Source: a bacterium
Lineage (GTDB): Bacteria; Zhuqueibacterota; Zhuqueibacteria; Residuimicrobiales; Krinioviventaceae
Length of the DNA stretch: 64,000 nt
Direction of reading: 5' to 3'
NCBI GenBank assembly: GCA_963675755.2
Contig: CAXXMD010000003.1
Coordinates: forward strand, 256,001-320,000
Position numbers and translations under genes: made by a program. Shown here piece after piece: positions 40,120 to 50,498 of the stretch (positions within the stretch are counted from its first letter, which is position 1; each line of letters begins with the position of its first letter). The notes under the pieces were generated by a model. That model was not told where the DNA came from, did no database searches, and saw only the letters and a list, made by a program, of their open reading frames with translations.

Positions 40120-41151
40120 CTACATAAAACGTCCACGCCATTCCTGTTTGATTCTTTTACGCTCGGGTAAAATAAACTCTATTACCAGTAACAACAATCC
40201 AATAACAACAAAATACTGGTAACGATCTTCAAACTGAGAAAACTTTAAAGAGCCCAGCTCTTTTTTATCCATAGAATCAATATCTTTATAGATCTTGTCA
40301 AGCTCATCTTCACCACTGGATGCTCTAAAATATTTACCACCGGTTTGCAGGGCAATTTTTTCCAGAGTAATTTCATCCAGCTTGGTGATTACCACCTGAC
40401 CAGAACGATCTTTTTTAAAACCCATTTCACCATTACCATCCTGTGCTATGGGAATTGGCTCGCCTTTGGGAGAACCAATACCTACACAGTAAATGATAAT
40501 ACCTTCTTTTTCAGCGGCTTCGGCAAATTTCATCACTTCGCCCTGATGATCTTCACCATCAGTGATCAACACCATCACTTTGTGTTTGCGCTCTTTTTGA
40601 TCAAAGGTTTCTATAGCTTTCTCTATCACCTTGCCCAGATTAGTACCGGGTGTGGGAATCAGATCCGGATCCATAATGTCCAGAAATATTTTAGCCGCAC
40701 CATAGTCAAGTGTTAACGGACATTGTACAAACGGCACTCCTGAAAATGCAATCAAACCAATTCGGTCACCGCGCAGTCTGTCAATAAATCCTTCTACCTC
40801 ATGCTTGGCTTTTTCAAGACGACTGGGTTGTATATCCCTTGCCATCATGGAGCGGGAAACATCAAGTGCTACAACAATATCAATACCTTCACGCTTTACC
40901 TCTTCAAGCTTTGTGCCAATCTGAGGTCGGGCAAGAGCAATTACCAAAAACATGATTGCAAACAGAATCAAACTGATCTTGCCAAACTGACGTGCCCGGC
41001 TGGTATTCCGGGAAAGTTTTTTCAACAGCTCTAAATTTCCAAATTTTTGCATCGCGCGTTTTTTTGCACGAAACGCAAAAAAGTAAAAAACAATCAAAAG
41101 TGGTATCAACCACATCAAGTGTAAAGCATAAATTTGAGCAAAACGTATCAT
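40120..41151 (-). CDS. batB: BatB vWA-domain protein
   Basis: LARPQ, DVSRSM MIDAS, PSRLEKAK, ITDGEDH. Confidence 0.92.
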   Translation of the reverse strand: MIRFAQIYALHLMWLIPLLIVFYFFAFRAKKRAMQKFGNLELLKKLSRNTSRARQFGKISLILFAIMFLVIALARPQIGTKLEEVKREGIDIVVALDVSRSMMARDIQPSRLEKAKHEVEGFIDRLRGDRIGLIAFSGVPFVQCPLTLDYGAAKIFLDIMDPDLIPTPGTNLGKVIEKAIETFDQKERKHKVMVLITDGEDHQGEVMKFAEAAEKEGIIIYCVGIGSPKGEPIPIAQDGNGEMGFKKDRSGQVVITKLDEITLEKIALQTGGKYFRASSGEDELDKIYKDIDSMDKKELGSLKFSQFEDRYQYFVVIGLLLLVIEFILPERKRIKQEWRGRFM

Positions 41152-41172
41152 CTACTTTTCACACCTTTATCC

Positions 41173-42165
41173 TTAGGGTATCTTGCGGAACACGGTATTG
41201 GCTAAAAAGACTTCTATCATCAACAAAACAATGGCAGCCAATAACCAGGGTAAAAACAATTCTTTATAACGGGTATACTCTTTAACTTCAATTTTCGTTT
41301 TTTCCATTTCACCAATCTCTTTATAGATTTGTTCAAGACTGGATTCATCTGTAGCCCTGAAATACTGTCCACCTGTTATTTCAGAGACCCGCCGTAACAA
41401 ATTTTCATCAATTTCTACAGGCATTTTCACATAACGTTTGCCGAAAATGGGATCATCAATGGGATACATGGCCTCACCCCGCTTACCTGCGCCAATGGTA
41501 TAAATGCGCACGCCAAAAGCTTTGCCCACATTGGCAGCCGTTATAGGATCAAGCTCACCGCGGTTATTTCTTCCATCTGTAAGCAGGATAACCACTTTAC
41601 TTTTGGCTTTGCTCTCTTTGAGCCGGTTAACACAATTTCCAATGGCCATACCAATAGCGGTACCATCATCAATCATACCAATATGAATATCTTCAAGAAA
41701 CCGTAATAAAATCCCATAATCCAGCGTCAGGGGGCACTGGGTAAAGCTGAGTCCTGAAAAAACAACTAGTCCAATGCGATCATTGGTGCGTCCCTTGATA
41801 AATTCAGACGCCACAACTTTGGCTGCTTCAAGACGATTTTTGGGTTTAAAATCTTCGGCTTTCATACTACTCGAAACATCCATCGCCAGGATGATATCAA
41901 TTCCCTCGGTAATAATCTCTTCTTCACTTCTTCCTGATTGCGGTCTGGCAAAACAAAAGATAAGAATAATAACAACAAGGGTACGTAATACAAATAAAAT
42001 ATGACGAAAGCGTTTTTTAGGTGAAGATTTTACACTTTTTACTATTCCCAAATTGGAATAGCGCATGGTTGCGGATACGGTTTTATTTTTCCGCAGATAC
42101 CACCAGATCATGACCGGTACAATAACAAGAAGCGCCAGAAATTCGGGATTTGCAAATCTAAACAT
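41173..42165 (-). CDS. batA: BatA vWA-domain protein
   Basis: MFRFANP, DVSSSM MIDAS, GTAIGMA, LLTDGRNN, TGGQYFRA. Confidence 0.93.
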   Translation of the reverse strand: MFRFANPEFLALLVIVPVMIWWYLRKNKTVSATMRYSNLGIVKSVKSSPKKRFRHILFVLRTLVVIILIFCFARPQSGRSEEEIITEGIDIILAMDVSSSMKAEDFKPKNRLEAAKVVASEFIKGRTNDRIGLVVFSGLSFTQCPLTLDYGILLRFLEDIHIGMIDDGTAIGMAIGNCVNRLKESKAKSKVVILLTDGRNNRGELDPITAANVGKAFGVRIYTIGAGKRGEAMYPIDDPIFGKRYVKMPVEIDENLLRRVSEITGGQYFRATDESSLEQIYKEIGEMEKTKIEVKEYTRYKELFLPWLLAAIVLLMIEVFLANTVFRKIP

Positions 42166-42166
42166 A

Positions 42167-43246
42167 TTATGCTTCCTCCCCGTCTTTACGTTCCGGTTCT
42201 TCAAGTGCCGGTTCAGAAGAATCGATTTCTGTCAATTCCTTTTGTTTTTCTTCATCCGCTTCCAGCTCGGCAGGTTTTTCATCAACCGGCTCAGTCGCTT
42301 CCTCACTGATGGGTTCTTCTATAATCATTTTTGTCTTTTCAACAAAGTCAAACGCCAGATCTGTACTATTTTTTGTTTCTAATTCCTGTGGTACATACTT
42401 GGCAAATTTTACAAGATCGCAACCATTTAAAAATGTGTCCATCATATCACGATATTCGGTATCCAGCTGCTGACGCTCCATCTCGTCCAACAATTGAGAC
42501 GTTGTCATTTCCGGTGCATCAATGTAAAACCGGTTACGAATGTAATGACGAACAATATCAGACAATTCAATGTAATATGCTTTGAATTGCTTTTCCTCTA
42601 AAAGATTGCCTGCAACCAATGCATTCAAAGCTTCAAGTGCCACCTCATGTGCTGGCCTGGGTGGCGCTTGTCTTACAGGCAATATGGATTTACCCTGTTT
42701 ATAACGACGATAAAAATACCACGCCGCAAAAACAGCTGCCAATACCAGCAACACAATGCCGCCAATGATAATATATTGACGGTAGCTCATTGGAGGTACG
42801 CGCATGGGCTTGATATCCCGAATATCACTATCAATTTCAGGATTCAAACTCTGTATTGTAATCATTATGGGTTCGGTTTTGATGAACCGTACTGTAGAAT
42901 CACTCTCGGTAGAATACCCAATTTGCAATTCCGGGATTTCGTATTCACCGGTATCAAAGGTTGACAAGAGATAATCCGTTTGAGATACGGTTTTTCCGTC
43001 TTCCTCTTGAGGATCAAGGACCTTATAGTCCCGCAGTTCAAACATACCCAAGTTGGTTGCCAGTTCCGGCATATACACCTTAACATCGGGATCATGAGTA
43101 AGGATGACCGAGTATTGGATCACATCGCCAATATAAATTGTGCTCTTGTCTACTTTGGATTCTATAGAAATGCTTCCCTGCGCCCAAAGTACGGTTTGGC
43201 ACAATAACAAGATAATGGCGAAAATGCTTTTCTTCATTGTACGCAT
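42167..43246 (-). CDS. Bat-operon membrane protein (Ig-like domain, TM, DUF4381-like C-terminus)
   Basis: IRDIKP-TM-PAHEVAL, EMTTSQ, DLVKFAK; sits just before batA. Confidence 0.75.
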   Translation of the reverse strand: MRTMKKSIFAIILLLCQTVLWAQGSISIESKVDKSTIYIGDVIQYSVILTHDPDVKVYMPELATNLGMFELRDYKVLDPQEEDGKTVSQTDYLLSTFDTGEYEIPELQIGYSTESDSTVRFIKTEPIMITIQSLNPEIDSDIRDIKPMRVPPMSYRQYIIIGGIVLLVLAAVFAAWYFYRRYKQGKSILPVRQAPPRPAHEVALEALNALVAGNLLEEKQFKAYYIELSDIVRHYIRNRFYIDAPEMTTSQLLDEMERQQLDTEYRDMMDTFLNGCDLVKFAKYVPQELETKNSTDLAFDFVEKTKMIIEEPISEEATEPVDEKPAELEADEEKQKELTEIDSSEPALEEPERKDGEEA

Positions 43247-43265
43247 TTTAATTGCTGTATTCCTT

Positions 43266-44204
43266 TTACTGAATCCGGCTTTCATAAAACTTGACACCTT
43301 CAGCCCTGATCATTTTTTCAACCAATTCCGCATAAGCCTGCTGATATTTTTGCTGATACAAGGCCTGCATTACCTGTTCTTTAACTTCATTCAGGGATTT
43401 TTGTTTTACAATATTTCCATCTGCATCTTTGTCTGCAAAATCGTCTTTATGTGCTTCATAATACAATTCAACATCATTGGCCTCAACATCCACTTTTTCA
43501 GCCACACGTTCCTGCAATAACTTGCGGACCATAATTGCTTTTTTAGCCTGAAATGCACTTTCAATAACTTCTGAGTCATTATCAAGGCCTGAACGTTTTG
43601 CTGTATCATACAACAACTCGGTTGCAACAAATTCACGCAAAAACTCTAATTTTTTGTCCTTGTTGGTAAACTGTTCACGAACCATTGGCGGTAACTGTGA
43701 CAGCTCAAAATCAAGATCGCCCTGGGTAACCTCACGGTTGCCCACGCGCGCCAGGACCTCACCGGGACGTTTTTTGCTTACTTTGGAAGGATCCAGTTGA
43801 ACAGCTTCATCAAGCACCTGCTGCGCATCTTCGGATCGCTCCAAACGTTCCAGACAGGCAATGATCTTTTTATTAACTTCCGGCATTAAACTTTCTTCAG
43901 GATACAAATGTTTGATTTCCAGATAATGAGCAAGTGCACTTTCATAATCTTTAATTCTTTCAAAGTAGGTATTGGCAATAATATAATTGACATTTGCCCG
44001 CTCACGTGTTGCTACCTTGTAATCATCCAGATACGTTTCATAAGCTTCAATCGCATCTTTGTACAGGGCTTTGTTGATCAAATCACCCGCGTACTCACGC
44101 ATTTTATCTGCACTGACTGCGGGTTTGTTACCCTGATTACACCCCACCAACATGACTGCTACTACCAAAAGCACCCCTGCTTTTTGAAAAAATTGCATCC
44201 TCAT
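43266..44204 (-). CDS. Lipoprotein with TPR plus a SurA/PrsA-like chaperone region
   Basis: LVGC lipobox, TPR-like helices, VLARVGNREVT, ELYYEAHKDDF. Confidence 0.6.
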   Translation of the reverse strand: MRMQFFQKAGVLLVVAVMLVGCNQGNKPAVSADKMREYAGDLINKALYKDAIEAYETYLDDYKVATRERANVNYIIANTYFERIKDYESALAHYLEIKHLYPEESLMPEVNKKIIACLERLERSEDAQQVLDEAVQLDPSKVSKKRPGEVLARVGNREVTQGDLDFELSQLPPMVREQFTNKDKKLEFLREFVATELLYDTAKRSGLDNDSEVIESAFQAKKAIMVRKLLQERVAEKVDVEANDVELYYEAHKDDFADKDADGNIVKQKSLNEVKEQVMQALYQQKYQQAYAELVEKMIRAEGVKFYESRIQ

Positions 44205-44214
44205 CTCCCGTTCA

Positions 44215-45093
44215 TTATCTAAATCTCTTTGCTCGCATTCTAAAAAACCGGATCAACGGCTCGAAATACGATTCATCTGTACGAATATCTATATGGTCTA
44301 CATTCAAAGACCTGAACAACTTTTCTCTGACTGTTTGATTCTCCTGTGTTTTACCGACAAACTCTTTTCTGACCGCAGGGTCAGAAGTGTCCAGCAAAAA
44401 GGTTTCACCCGTTTCTGCGTCTTCCAGCTCTATAAAACCGATGCTGGGCAAATCTACTTCACGGGGGTCCGTTACGGTTATGGCAACAATATCATGCCGT
44501 TTATTGGCTATCTGTAGTGGCTTGTCATAACCTGTGCTGATAAAGTCAGAAACCAAAAACACAACTGCACGGCGTTTTGTTACACGGCTCAAATATTCCA
44601 ACGCTGCGCCAATATTGGTTTTACGTCCCTGAGGTTTATGATAAAGCAACTCACGGACAACTCGCAACACATGCGATTTACCCTTTTTGGGTGCCACAAA
44701 CTTTTCAACCGTATCAGAAAAAATGATCAAACCCACTTTGTCATTATTCTTGATTGCCGAAAAAGCCAGCAAAGCACAAATCTCCGCGGCGATTTCACCT
44801 TTCATCTGTTCAAAGGTACCAAATTCTCCAGAAGAACTCACATCCACCAACAACATAACGGTCAGTTCGCGCTCTTCTTCAAACACCTTCACAAATGGGT
44901 GACCCTGGCGCGCAGTCACATTCCAGTCAATAGTACGGATATCATCCCCGATCTGGTATTCACGCACTTCGGCAAACTCCATTCCGCGTCCCTTGAACAC
45001 CGAATGATACTCGCCAGAAAACACATCATTAACCATACCACGTGTCTGGATCTCTATCCGTTTTACTTTTTTTAATATTTCCTTAGGTATCAC
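44215..45093 (-). CDS. DUF58 vWA-like protein
   Basis: GRGMEFAEVREYQIGDDIRTIDWNVTAR, DVSSSG, SDF. Confidence 0.95.
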   Translation of the reverse strand: MIPKEILKKVKRIEIQTRGMVNDVFSGEYHSVFKGRGMEFAEVREYQIGDDIRTIDWNVTARQGHPFVKVFEEERELTVMLLVDVSSSGEFGTFEQMKGEIAAEICALLAFSAIKNNDKVGLIIFSDTVEKFVAPKKGKSHVLRVVRELLYHKPQGRKTNIGAALEYLSRVTKRRAVVFLVSDFISTGYDKPLQIANKRHDIVAITVTDPREVDLPSIGFIELEDAETGETFLLDTSDPAVRKEFVGKTQENQTVREKLFRSLNVDHIDIRTDESYFEPLIRFFRMRAKRFR

Positions 45094-45112
45094 GATATCA
45101 TCTTAGTTTTAA

Positions 45113-46102
45113 TTAAGGAACTTCAATTTTGTTTAACACTTTACGAACGACATCTTCTGCTGTAATCTCTTCAGCTTCTGCCTCATAGGTCACAATTACA
45201 CGATGTCTGAGCACGTCTAAACCGATTGAGCGAACATCTTCGGGTGTTACATAACCACGGCGGCGCAAAAACGCATGTGCGCGCGCTGCCATGCTGAGAT
45301 TGATAGACGCACGGGGAGACGCTCCAAAAGAGATCAACTCGTCCAGTTCGTCCAGTCCATATTCCTTGGGTGTACGTGTTGCAAAAACAATATCTATAAT
45401 ATAATTTTCAATCTTGGGATCAATATACACCTCGTGTACAACCTCTTTTGCCCGAAGAATTTCTTCAGGAGTAACAACCGGCTTAACCGTAGGTATATCT
45501 TTACGGGTCATACGTCGCATAATTTCCAACTCTTCATCGCGATTTGGGTACCCGACTGAAAGTTTCAGCATAAAACGGTCAACCTGTGCTTCAGGCAAGG
45601 GGTAAGTTCCTTCCTGTTCAATGGGGTTTTGGGTTGCCAGTACCAGAAAAGGCGAAGGCAGCTTGAATGTTTCGTCACCCAAAGTTACCTGACGTTCCTG
45701 CATAGCTTCCAACAATGCGGATTGTACCTTTGCCGGAGAACGGTTGATTTCATCCGCAAGTACAAGGTTTGAAAAAATAGGACCTTTTTTGGTTTTAAAA
45801 TCACCGGATTTTTGATCGAGCAGCATGGTACCAACAATATCTGCCGGCAAGAGGTCCGGAGTAAACTGGATGCGCTGAAACTGGGTTTTAATTACCGATG
45901 ACAATGTTTTTACAGCCATGGTTTTCGCCAAACCCGGCACACCTTCCAAAAGAATGTGACCATCAGCTAATAGACCAACCAACAGTCTTTCAATCATGTA
46001 CTTTTGCCCGACAATCACATTGCCGACCTCGTTCATGATCTTTTCTACAAATTCACTTTCTTTTTGGATCTTTTCATTAATTGCTTGAATATCGAATTCC
46101 AT
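45113..46102 (-). CDS. moxR: MoxR-family AAA+ ATPase
   Basis: GVPGLAKT, RIQFTPDLLPAD, LADEINRSPAKVQSALL, ATQNPIEQEGTYPLPEAQVDRF. Confidence 0.96.
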   Translation of the reverse strand: MEFDIQAINEKIQKESEFVEKIMNEVGNVIVGQKYMIERLLVGLLADGHILLEGVPGLAKTMAVKTLSSVIKTQFQRIQFTPDLLPADIVGTMLLDQKSGDFKTKKGPIFSNLVLADEINRSPAKVQSALLEAMQERQVTLGDETFKLPSPFLVLATQNPIEQEGTYPLPEAQVDRFMLKLSVGYPNRDEELEIMRRMTRKDIPTVKPVVTPEEILRAKEVVHEVYIDPKIENYIIDIVFATRTPKEYGLDELDELISFGASPRASINLSMAARAHAFLRRRGYVTPEDVRSIGLDVLRHRVIVTYEAEAEEITAEDVVRKVLNKIEVP

Positions 46103-46134
46103 TTATCCTCCCAAAATCATTAACTCTCAGGGAT

Positions 46135-47103
46135 TTATTCATTTTCATTATTTTCATCGTGGATGGTTTCAATTTCACCACGTAAAGATTTATACAGATT
46201 GGTATCTAACAAACCGTACAAACGTTCCAACTCTTGTTTTGACGCCTGGTTCCCGGAAAATTTCAAAACATCCGCAGTAACCAGAATTTGCTCAATATCA
46301 TTGCAAAAACTCTGATCAATGTTAGAATTTTTGAGCTCTTTGATGATATCTTCTGTGGGCTTGCTGCCGACCATAATCTCAAATTTTTCATTCAGGAAGC
46401 GTTTCAAAATTTTCACAGTTAAATTGATACCATTCATCACATCCAGTGCAGGATCATTCAAATTAACAGCTGCTTTCAACTCTTCCAATAGCTTTTTTTC
46501 AACAGGACGGTTACGTTCGGCTTCTTCCTCTTTCAATGCCTGTTTTTCAGCTTTTCGTTTGCTCAAATTTATAACCAGATATACAGCCGCAATCACCAAA
46601 ACAATTCCTAGCGCAAGCCAGATCAACCATGTTTTGTCACCCGGTTCAGCAACAGGATCCGTCACCTTGATCTCTATACGGTTTGTGGTAAGCGTCAAAT
46701 CCGTATCCAGCTTTAAATCCGTATAGCGAATAATTACACTCTCTACATATCCCATTCCCAGGGATTGCGGTTTCAATGTAAAAGTGTATTCATGGGTGGC
46801 AAAACTTTTTCCCTGTTTTGTTGTTACCTTGTTAGCTGAAGAATTGGCAACAATCTCGAAATTATTTAAAATGGGATTATCAAAAGGAAATATCTCGTAT
46901 CTATCAAGATCGCCATACCATTCCAGGGTAAACACAACATCAACGGTTCTATTCATTGGAACATCAGACTGCTCAACTTTTGCCGAAAGTTTGATACCTG
47001 TATCGCCAATAGTATCTGTAGAATCTGTCTGCGCGTTTACAAAAGCAAACGCAGTAATAACAATCATGGCTGTTAAAACGAAAAACTGCCTCAACTTTGC
47101 CAT
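46135..47103 (-). CDS. Second BatD-like / DUF4381-like membrane protein
   Basis: Signal peptide, one Ig-like domain, TM, ADVLKFS; start MAKLRQ after GGAG. Confidence 0.65.
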   Translation of the reverse strand: MAKLRQFFVLTAMIVITAFAFVNAQTDSTDTIGDTGIKLSAKVEQSDVPMNRTVDVVFTLEWYGDLDRYEIFPFDNPILNNFEIVANSSANKVTTKQGKSFATHEYTFTLKPQSLGMGYVESVIIRYTDLKLDTDLTLTTNRIEIKVTDPVAEPGDKTWLIWLALGIVLVIAAVYLVINLSKRKAEKQALKEEEAERNRPVEKKLLEELKAAVNLNDPALDVMNGINLTVKILKRFLNEKFEIMVGSKPTEDIIKELKNSNIDQSFCNDIEQILVTADVLKFSGNQASKQELERLYGLLDTNLYKSLRGEIETIHDENNENE

Positions 47104-47137
47104 TTTAAACTCCAAGTTATCAATTGAAAATTGCCAC

Positions 47138-47224
47138 AAAAAAGCCGATGATGGGCAATTGAAAGCCCCAAAAATCGGCGGTTGATTTGAATTACAGAAT
47201 ATGCGTTAATCCCCCTTAACGCAA
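47138..47224 (-). promoter_or_regulatory. Bat-operon promoter with an overlapping palindrome, followed by a terminator-like leader hairpin
   Basis: TTGCGT-17bp-TATTCT; TGCGTTAA-N6-TTAACGCA; GCCGAT..ATCGGC stem plus U6. Confidence 0.55.
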
Positions 47225-47237
47225 GAAACATATAAAC

Positions 47238-47732
47238 TTATTGGCCGCTGCTTCCCAACTGAAGTTCAATATCGCTAATATCTTCACCCAGATGGTTCAA
47301 TTCCCATCTAACAGAAGAAGTCAATTCATGTTCAGGGAATTTATCCAAAAATGCCTGGTATGCCTCTTTGGCTTTATCAAGATCTTTAACGTCATTTGCA
47401 TAACGGTAACCAATCATAAAATAAGCCTGAACCACCAGGTTACTTTCCGGATAGTTTTCGATCAATCTATAATAGGTATCAATGGACTTTTGAAAATCAC
47501 CAAAGCTGCTCGCGTACAAGCCTGCCAACTGGTAAAGATTTTCATCTGCTTTTGCGGATTCAGGAAAACGGTCAATCAACTGTTCGTAAACTTTGACAAC
47601 CTCTTCCCATTGCTCTTTATTTTCATAATCGAGGGCTTTGGCCCGTAATTGTTCTTCAGTCAATTTTTGACCACAACCGATTAAAAGACCAACCATCAGA
47701 AACGCAAAAAACAAACCGAACCAACGTTTCAT
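47238..47732 (-). CDS. TPR lipoprotein (BamD/CpoB-like)
   Basis: AGGAGG RBS, LIGC lipobox, repeats ending RFPES / NYPES / KFPEH. Confidence 0.75.
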   Translation of the reverse strand: MKRWFGLFFAFLMVGLLIGCGQKLTEEQLRAKALDYENKEQWEEVVKVYEQLIDRFPESAKADENLYQLAGLYASSFGDFQKSIDTYYRLIENYPESNLVVQAYFMIGYRYANDVKDLDKAKEAYQAFLDKFPEHELTSSVRWELNHLGEDISDIELQLGSSGQ

Positions 47733-47813
47733 CAACAAACCTCCTGAATTTTTGATATATTCAACTAGATAATCCCTAAAGAGTTCCATAAGAAAAAAAA
47801 TGTATCCTTTTTT

Positions 47814-50417
47814 TTATACAAAATCAAGGGAATTCTCCTTTAAAACAACTTGTATCGTATCTCCTGCATGGAACTTGCCCTCTATCAAGCGGGTAGCCAG
47901 CGGATTTACGATTGCCTTTTGTACCAGACGTTTTAATGGACGCGCACCAAACGCAGGATCATAGCCATGCTCTGCCAGAAAGGATTCCGCTTCTTCGGTC
48001 AGACTTAGGTTCAAATTCTGTGACTTGAGCATTTTTTGTACCTGCTTGATTTGCATACGAATAATCTGGCGTATATGATCACGACTCAGTGTATGAAAAA
48101 CAATCACATCATCAATACGGTTCAAAAACTCGGGACGGAGTTGTTGTTTCAACAGTCCTTCAATCTTTTGCGATATTTCTTCATGTATGCGATCTTTGTT
48201 TTCTTCGGTAATCTGCGATGACATTTCCATCAAATATTGAGCACCAATATTAGACGTCATAATGATTATGGCGTTCTTGAAACTAACCGTACGGCCCTTG
48301 TTATCCGTCAATCGACCATCATCAAGTACCTGCAATAACACATTAAACACTTCCGGGTGCGCTTTTTCGATTTCGTCAAGAAGCACAACAGAATAGGGTC
48401 GCCTTCTGATCGCCTCGGTCAACTGTCCGCCTTCATCAAAACCCACATATCCCGGTGGGGCACCAATCAATCGCGAAACCGCGTGGCGCTCCATATATTC
48501 AGACATGTCAATTCGCACCATAGCCTGTTCATCATCAAACAGAAACTCGGCTAACGCGCGCGCAAGTTCAGTCTTGCCCACACCTGTAGATCCTAGAAAG
48601 ATAAAAGAACCAATGGGCCGAGCCTGGTCCTGCAAGCCCGCTCGAGACCTGCGGATTGCATCGGCTACAGCCTTGACCGCGTCTTCCTGATTTACCAAAC
48701 GCTGATGAATACGGTCTTCCATCTTTAACAATTTTTCTTTTTCACTTTCAAGCATGCGGCTTATGGGTATACCAGTCCATCTGCCTACAATTTCTGCAAC
48801 ATCCTGCTCATCTACTTCTTCTTTCAGCATCTGCCGATTTTCCTGCAAACGAATCAGCTTGGAGTTTGCCTGAGACAGCCGATCTTCCAACTCACGGGTT
48901 TTGCCATATTTCAATTCCGCGGCCAGGGTCAGATTCCCTTCACGCTCTGCACGTACCGATTCAGCGCGTGTCTGCTCAATTTTTTCTTTAAGCGCACGGA
49001 TGTCAGAAATCACTGCTTTTTCCTGCATCCAGTGTGTCCGCAGGTCACCTCTTTCAATATCCAGTTTCTCTATTTCTTCAGAAACGCTGGCCAGTCGTTT
49101 TTTCGAAGCATCATCTTTTTCTTTTTTAAGCGCTTCCCGCTCTATTTCCAATTGTTTTAATTTACGCTCAATTTTCTCCAGTTCTTCGGGCATACTGTCG
49201 ATTTCAATACGCAATTTCGACGCAGCTTCATCAATCAGATCAATAGCCTTGTCCGGCAAAAAACGATCTGCAATATAACGATCAGACATGGTTGCCGCCG
49301 CTATCAAGGCACCATCCTGAATTCGTACACCATGATGGACTTCGTATTTTTCTTTCAAGCCACGTAAAATAGAGATGGTATCTTCAACAGAGGGTTGATC
49401 AACCAGTACCTGTTGAAAACGGCGTTCAAGTGCTGCATCTTTTTCAATATATTTTCGGTATTCATCCAAAGTTGTGGCACCAATACAGCGCAGCTCTCCA
49501 CGCGCCAAAGCAGGTTTCAACATGTTTGATGCATCCATAGCACCCTCGGCAGCTCCCGCGCCAACCAGTGTATGCAGCTCGTCAATAAAGAGAATAATCT
49601 CTCCATCCGCCTCACCAATCTCTTTTAACACCGCTTTGAGGCGTTCTTCAAATTCTCCACGAAACTTGGCACCGGCAATAAGCGATCCCAAATCCAGCGC
49701 TACAATACGTTTGGTTTTCAAATTTTCGGGCACATCACCGTCAATAATCCGCTTAGCAATGCCTTCTGCAATAGCAGTTTTACCAACGCCCGGTTCACCA
49801 ATCAACACCGGGTTATTTTTGGTGCGGCGGGACAATACCTGCAACACCCTGCGCACTTCATCATCCCGGCCAATTACAGGGTCCAGCTTGTCCCTGCGTG
49901 CAAGATCATTCAAATCTTTGGTATACCGTTTCAAGGCCTGGTATTTTTCTTCAGGATTTTGATCGGTAACACGCTGTGATCCTCTTACCTCTTTTAAAAC
50001 CTTGAGTACCACATCACGTGTAATACCGGACTTGCGCAATATATCTCCTGCTGTAGATTTATCTTCAGCAAGGGCTAAAACAATATGTTCAATGCTAACA
50101 AATTCATCACGCAAGGTATTGGCTTCTTTCAAAGCCGTATCAAACAGAACATTTGCAGCCGAAGACAGGTAAAGTTGTCCTATACCTCCACTCACTTTTG
50201 GAAGTCTGGAAATTTCCTGCTCAACGCGTGATAAAACCATACCCGGCTCAATACCGGCTTTACTGAATATATTACGGGAAATACTTTCTTCCGGTTCTAA
50301 AATACCGGTCAGAATATGCAACGGCTCAATTTGTTGATGCCCATTGTCCGAAGCCTTTTGTTGCGCTTTGCCCAGCGCTTCTTGCGCTTTTATTGTCAAT
50401 TTTTCAAACGATAACAT
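47814..50417 (-). CDS. clpB: Disaggregase ClpB
   Basis: Two AAA modules ([16 protein letters not shown]), long M-domain, [11 protein letters not shown]. Confidence 0.97.
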   Translation of the reverse strand: MLSFEKLTIKAQEALGKAQQKASDNGHQQIEPLHILTGILEPEESISRNIFSKAGIEPGMVLSRVEQEISRLPKVSGGIGQLYLSSAANVLFDTALKEANTLRDEFVSIEHIVLALAEDKSTAGDILRKSGITRDVVLKVLKEVRGSQRVTDQNPEEKYQALKRYTKDLNDLARRDKLDPVIGRDDEVRRVLQVLSRRTKNNPVLIGEPGVGKTAIAEGIAKRIIDGDVPENLKTKRIVALDLGSLIAGAKFRGEFEERLKAVLKEIGEADGEIILFIDELHTLVGAGAAEGAMDASNMLKPALARGELRCIGATTLDEYRKYIEKDAALERRFQQVLVDQPSVEDTISILRGLKEKYEVHHGVRIQDGALIAAATMSDRYIADRFLPDKAIDLIDEAASKLRIEIDSMPEELEKIERKLKQLEIEREALKKEKDDASKKRLASVSEEIEKLDIERGDLRTHWMQEKAVISDIRALKEKIEQTRAESVRAEREGNLTLAAELKYGKTRELEDRLSQANSKLIRLQENRQMLKEEVDEQDVAEIVGRWTGIPISRMLESEKEKLLKMEDRIHQRLVNQEDAVKAVADAIRRSRAGLQDQARPIGSFIFLGSTGVGKTELARALAEFLFDDEQAMVRIDMSEYMERHAVSRLIGAPPGYVGFDEGGQLTEAIRRRPYSVVLLDEIEKAHPEVFNVLLQVLDDGRLTDNKGRTVSFKNAIIIMTSNIGAQYLMEMSSQITEENKDRIHEEISQKIEGLLKQQLRPEFLNRIDDVIVFHTLSRDHIRQIIRMQIKQVQKMLKSQNLNLSLTEEAESFLAEHGYDPAFGARPLKRLVQKAIVNPLATRLIEGKFHAGDTIQVVLKENSLDFV

Positions 50418-50434
50418 GTACAACACCCCTTTTC

Positions 50435-50469
50435 AAAAAAGGCGGGAAATTTAAAAAAACTCCCCGCCC
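50435..50469 (-). terminator. Intrinsic terminator between dnaK and clpB
   Basis: GGCGGG / CCCGCC stem with U6 on the minus strand. Confidence 0.6.
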
Positions 50470-50498
50470 TTATATCTATTACTTTTGGTCAATTTCCA

